In this document: positions 48,316 through 49,272 of the stretch, one piece after another
Position numbering within the stretch: position 1 is the first letter of the stretch
Layout: every line of letters begins with the position of its first letter
From: Rotaria socialis
Taxonomy: Eukaryota
Reading direction: 5' to 3'
Assembly: GCA_905331485.1 (NCBI GenBank)
Contig: CAJNYT010000219.1
Span: 1 to 49,272, forward strand
Length of the DNA: 49,272 bases
Program-made: the position numbers and the translations under genes
The notes under the pieces: model-generated
Seen by the model: the letters and a program-made list of their open reading frames with translations, nothing else
Database searches by the model: none
Told to the model about the DNA's origin: nothing

Positions 48316-49272
48316 TTACAACCATTCTGGAAAGCGTGCTTGGGTCTCTAAATATAGTTTATCGAGTCGTTCAATTTCTGTCAGTTGTGACTTGCTGGGT
48401 TTAATTAACAACACCTTGTAATCAAAATATCGCAAAATAACCAAATCAGTTAAGCGTTTTACCCGCGATAAGGGTACATAGACTGCAGCAATATCATCGG
48501 TTTCATTTGGCAGTTTTAAATCAATCACAACTTTATTCAATGTTTGACCTTGACTCTTGTGTGTTGTAATGCAATAAGCTGGTACAAGTGGTAATGCGCG
48601 CCGTTTAATTGATAACAGTGTTTTTCTATTTGATTTTGGTTTCTTATCTTTTGGAAGCATATCGCCTATATCGACTCGAAATGTTTGTTCCATTACCGGT
48701 ATTGGAATCAGTTTTGGCTGAAGTTGTTCTAAATTGCATTCGATCGTTGATTTGCTAATTTCCACCAAGGCGTACAGAGGTCGATGGACATATCGTGCAT
48801 TCTTGGAAAATTCTTCTGAAATAATATCAGTTGACACGGAATCTTCCTGGTAGACAAGCTGCCGAAAGATTCCGTTCACACCGTTGATAAGACCCAATTC
48901 AATTGCAATATTTTGCGTTAAAATTACAGGCATTCCAGGAACAAGAGGTAATAGACCTGGTAGATGCTCTGTTTTACTATCAGATAATTCTAATCATTTT
49001 TTAATAAGTGCTCGATCTTCAATTGGTTTGCCTTTGCAGGTGTCTTGGGCAATGCATACTATAGGTGTCTGTCCCACTTGTTGTGCTTTGTGACTAAGTG
49101 CCTTGTGATTTAATTGTGTTCGTATTTCGTTACGAAATACAAGAATCGGAGCCTAAAATGATGAAGATAGTGAATTGTCTAAATCTAGAAAAACAAATTT
49201 ACTTTATTCCATGGTGAATCACTTAACAAGGGTACGGAAGATTGCCCCACTATTCGTGTTAACAATAATTCG
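48316..49272 (-). mobile_element. Helitron / Pif1-like helicase C-terminal remnant (degenerate, runs off the window edge)
   Basis: 'ALPLVPAYCITTHKSQGQTLNKVVIDL...YVPLSRVKRLTDLVIL' is the Pif1/Helitron Rep-Hel C-terminal signature. Upstream helicase-like sequence ('LVFRNEIRTQLNHKALSHKAQQVGQTPIV...') is interrupted by an in-frame stop near 48990. Confidence 0.55.

Overview
This is eukaryotic DNA (about 30% GC, not prokaryotic). Several genes have short GT-AG spliceosomal introns of 45-150 nt, which I located by hand. The window is punctuated about 15 times by short tracts of the hexamer TGTGGG/CCCACA, the telomeric repeat reported for bdelloid rotifers. So it looks like a bdelloid-type subtelomeric or accessory region. 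Nearly every tract has the same layout: a G-rich tract (TGTGGG)n, then 15-60 bp of unrelated filler, then a C-rich tract (CCCACA)n. These inverted-telomere modules split the window into gene-sized cassettes. Genes I can support are listed here. (1) An intronless short-form adenylosuccinate synthetase (archaeal/PurZ-type) with a non-canonical P-loop. (2) A large protein with multiple Cys-rich zinc-finger clusters and a C-terminal PARP-type ART fold. (3) A secreted R-S-E mono-ADP-ribosyltransferase whose two ORFs join through a 46-nt intron. (4) A caspase-family peptidase. (5) An ART-TPR protein. (6) A GT1 sterol/macrolide-type UDP-glycosyltransferase with a 146-nt intron. (7) A multi-exon vault-PARP (PARP4)-like gene with BRCT, PARP, VIT and vWA domains. 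(8) A divergent calmodulin paralog. (9) A divergent Hsp70-family gene. (10) A Helitron/Pif1-type helicase remnant at the 3' edge. There is also a tRNA-like Pol III element, three large foldback palindromes, two TIR-bounded MITE-like elements, a perfect 98-bp tandem duplication and a dispersed ~70-bp repeat whose homology breaks exactly at a telomeric tract. The ORF track uses alternative start codons (TTG/GTG appear as 'M'), so several listed ORF starts are not real ATGs. My coordinates for hand-located splice sites may be off by 1-2 nt.
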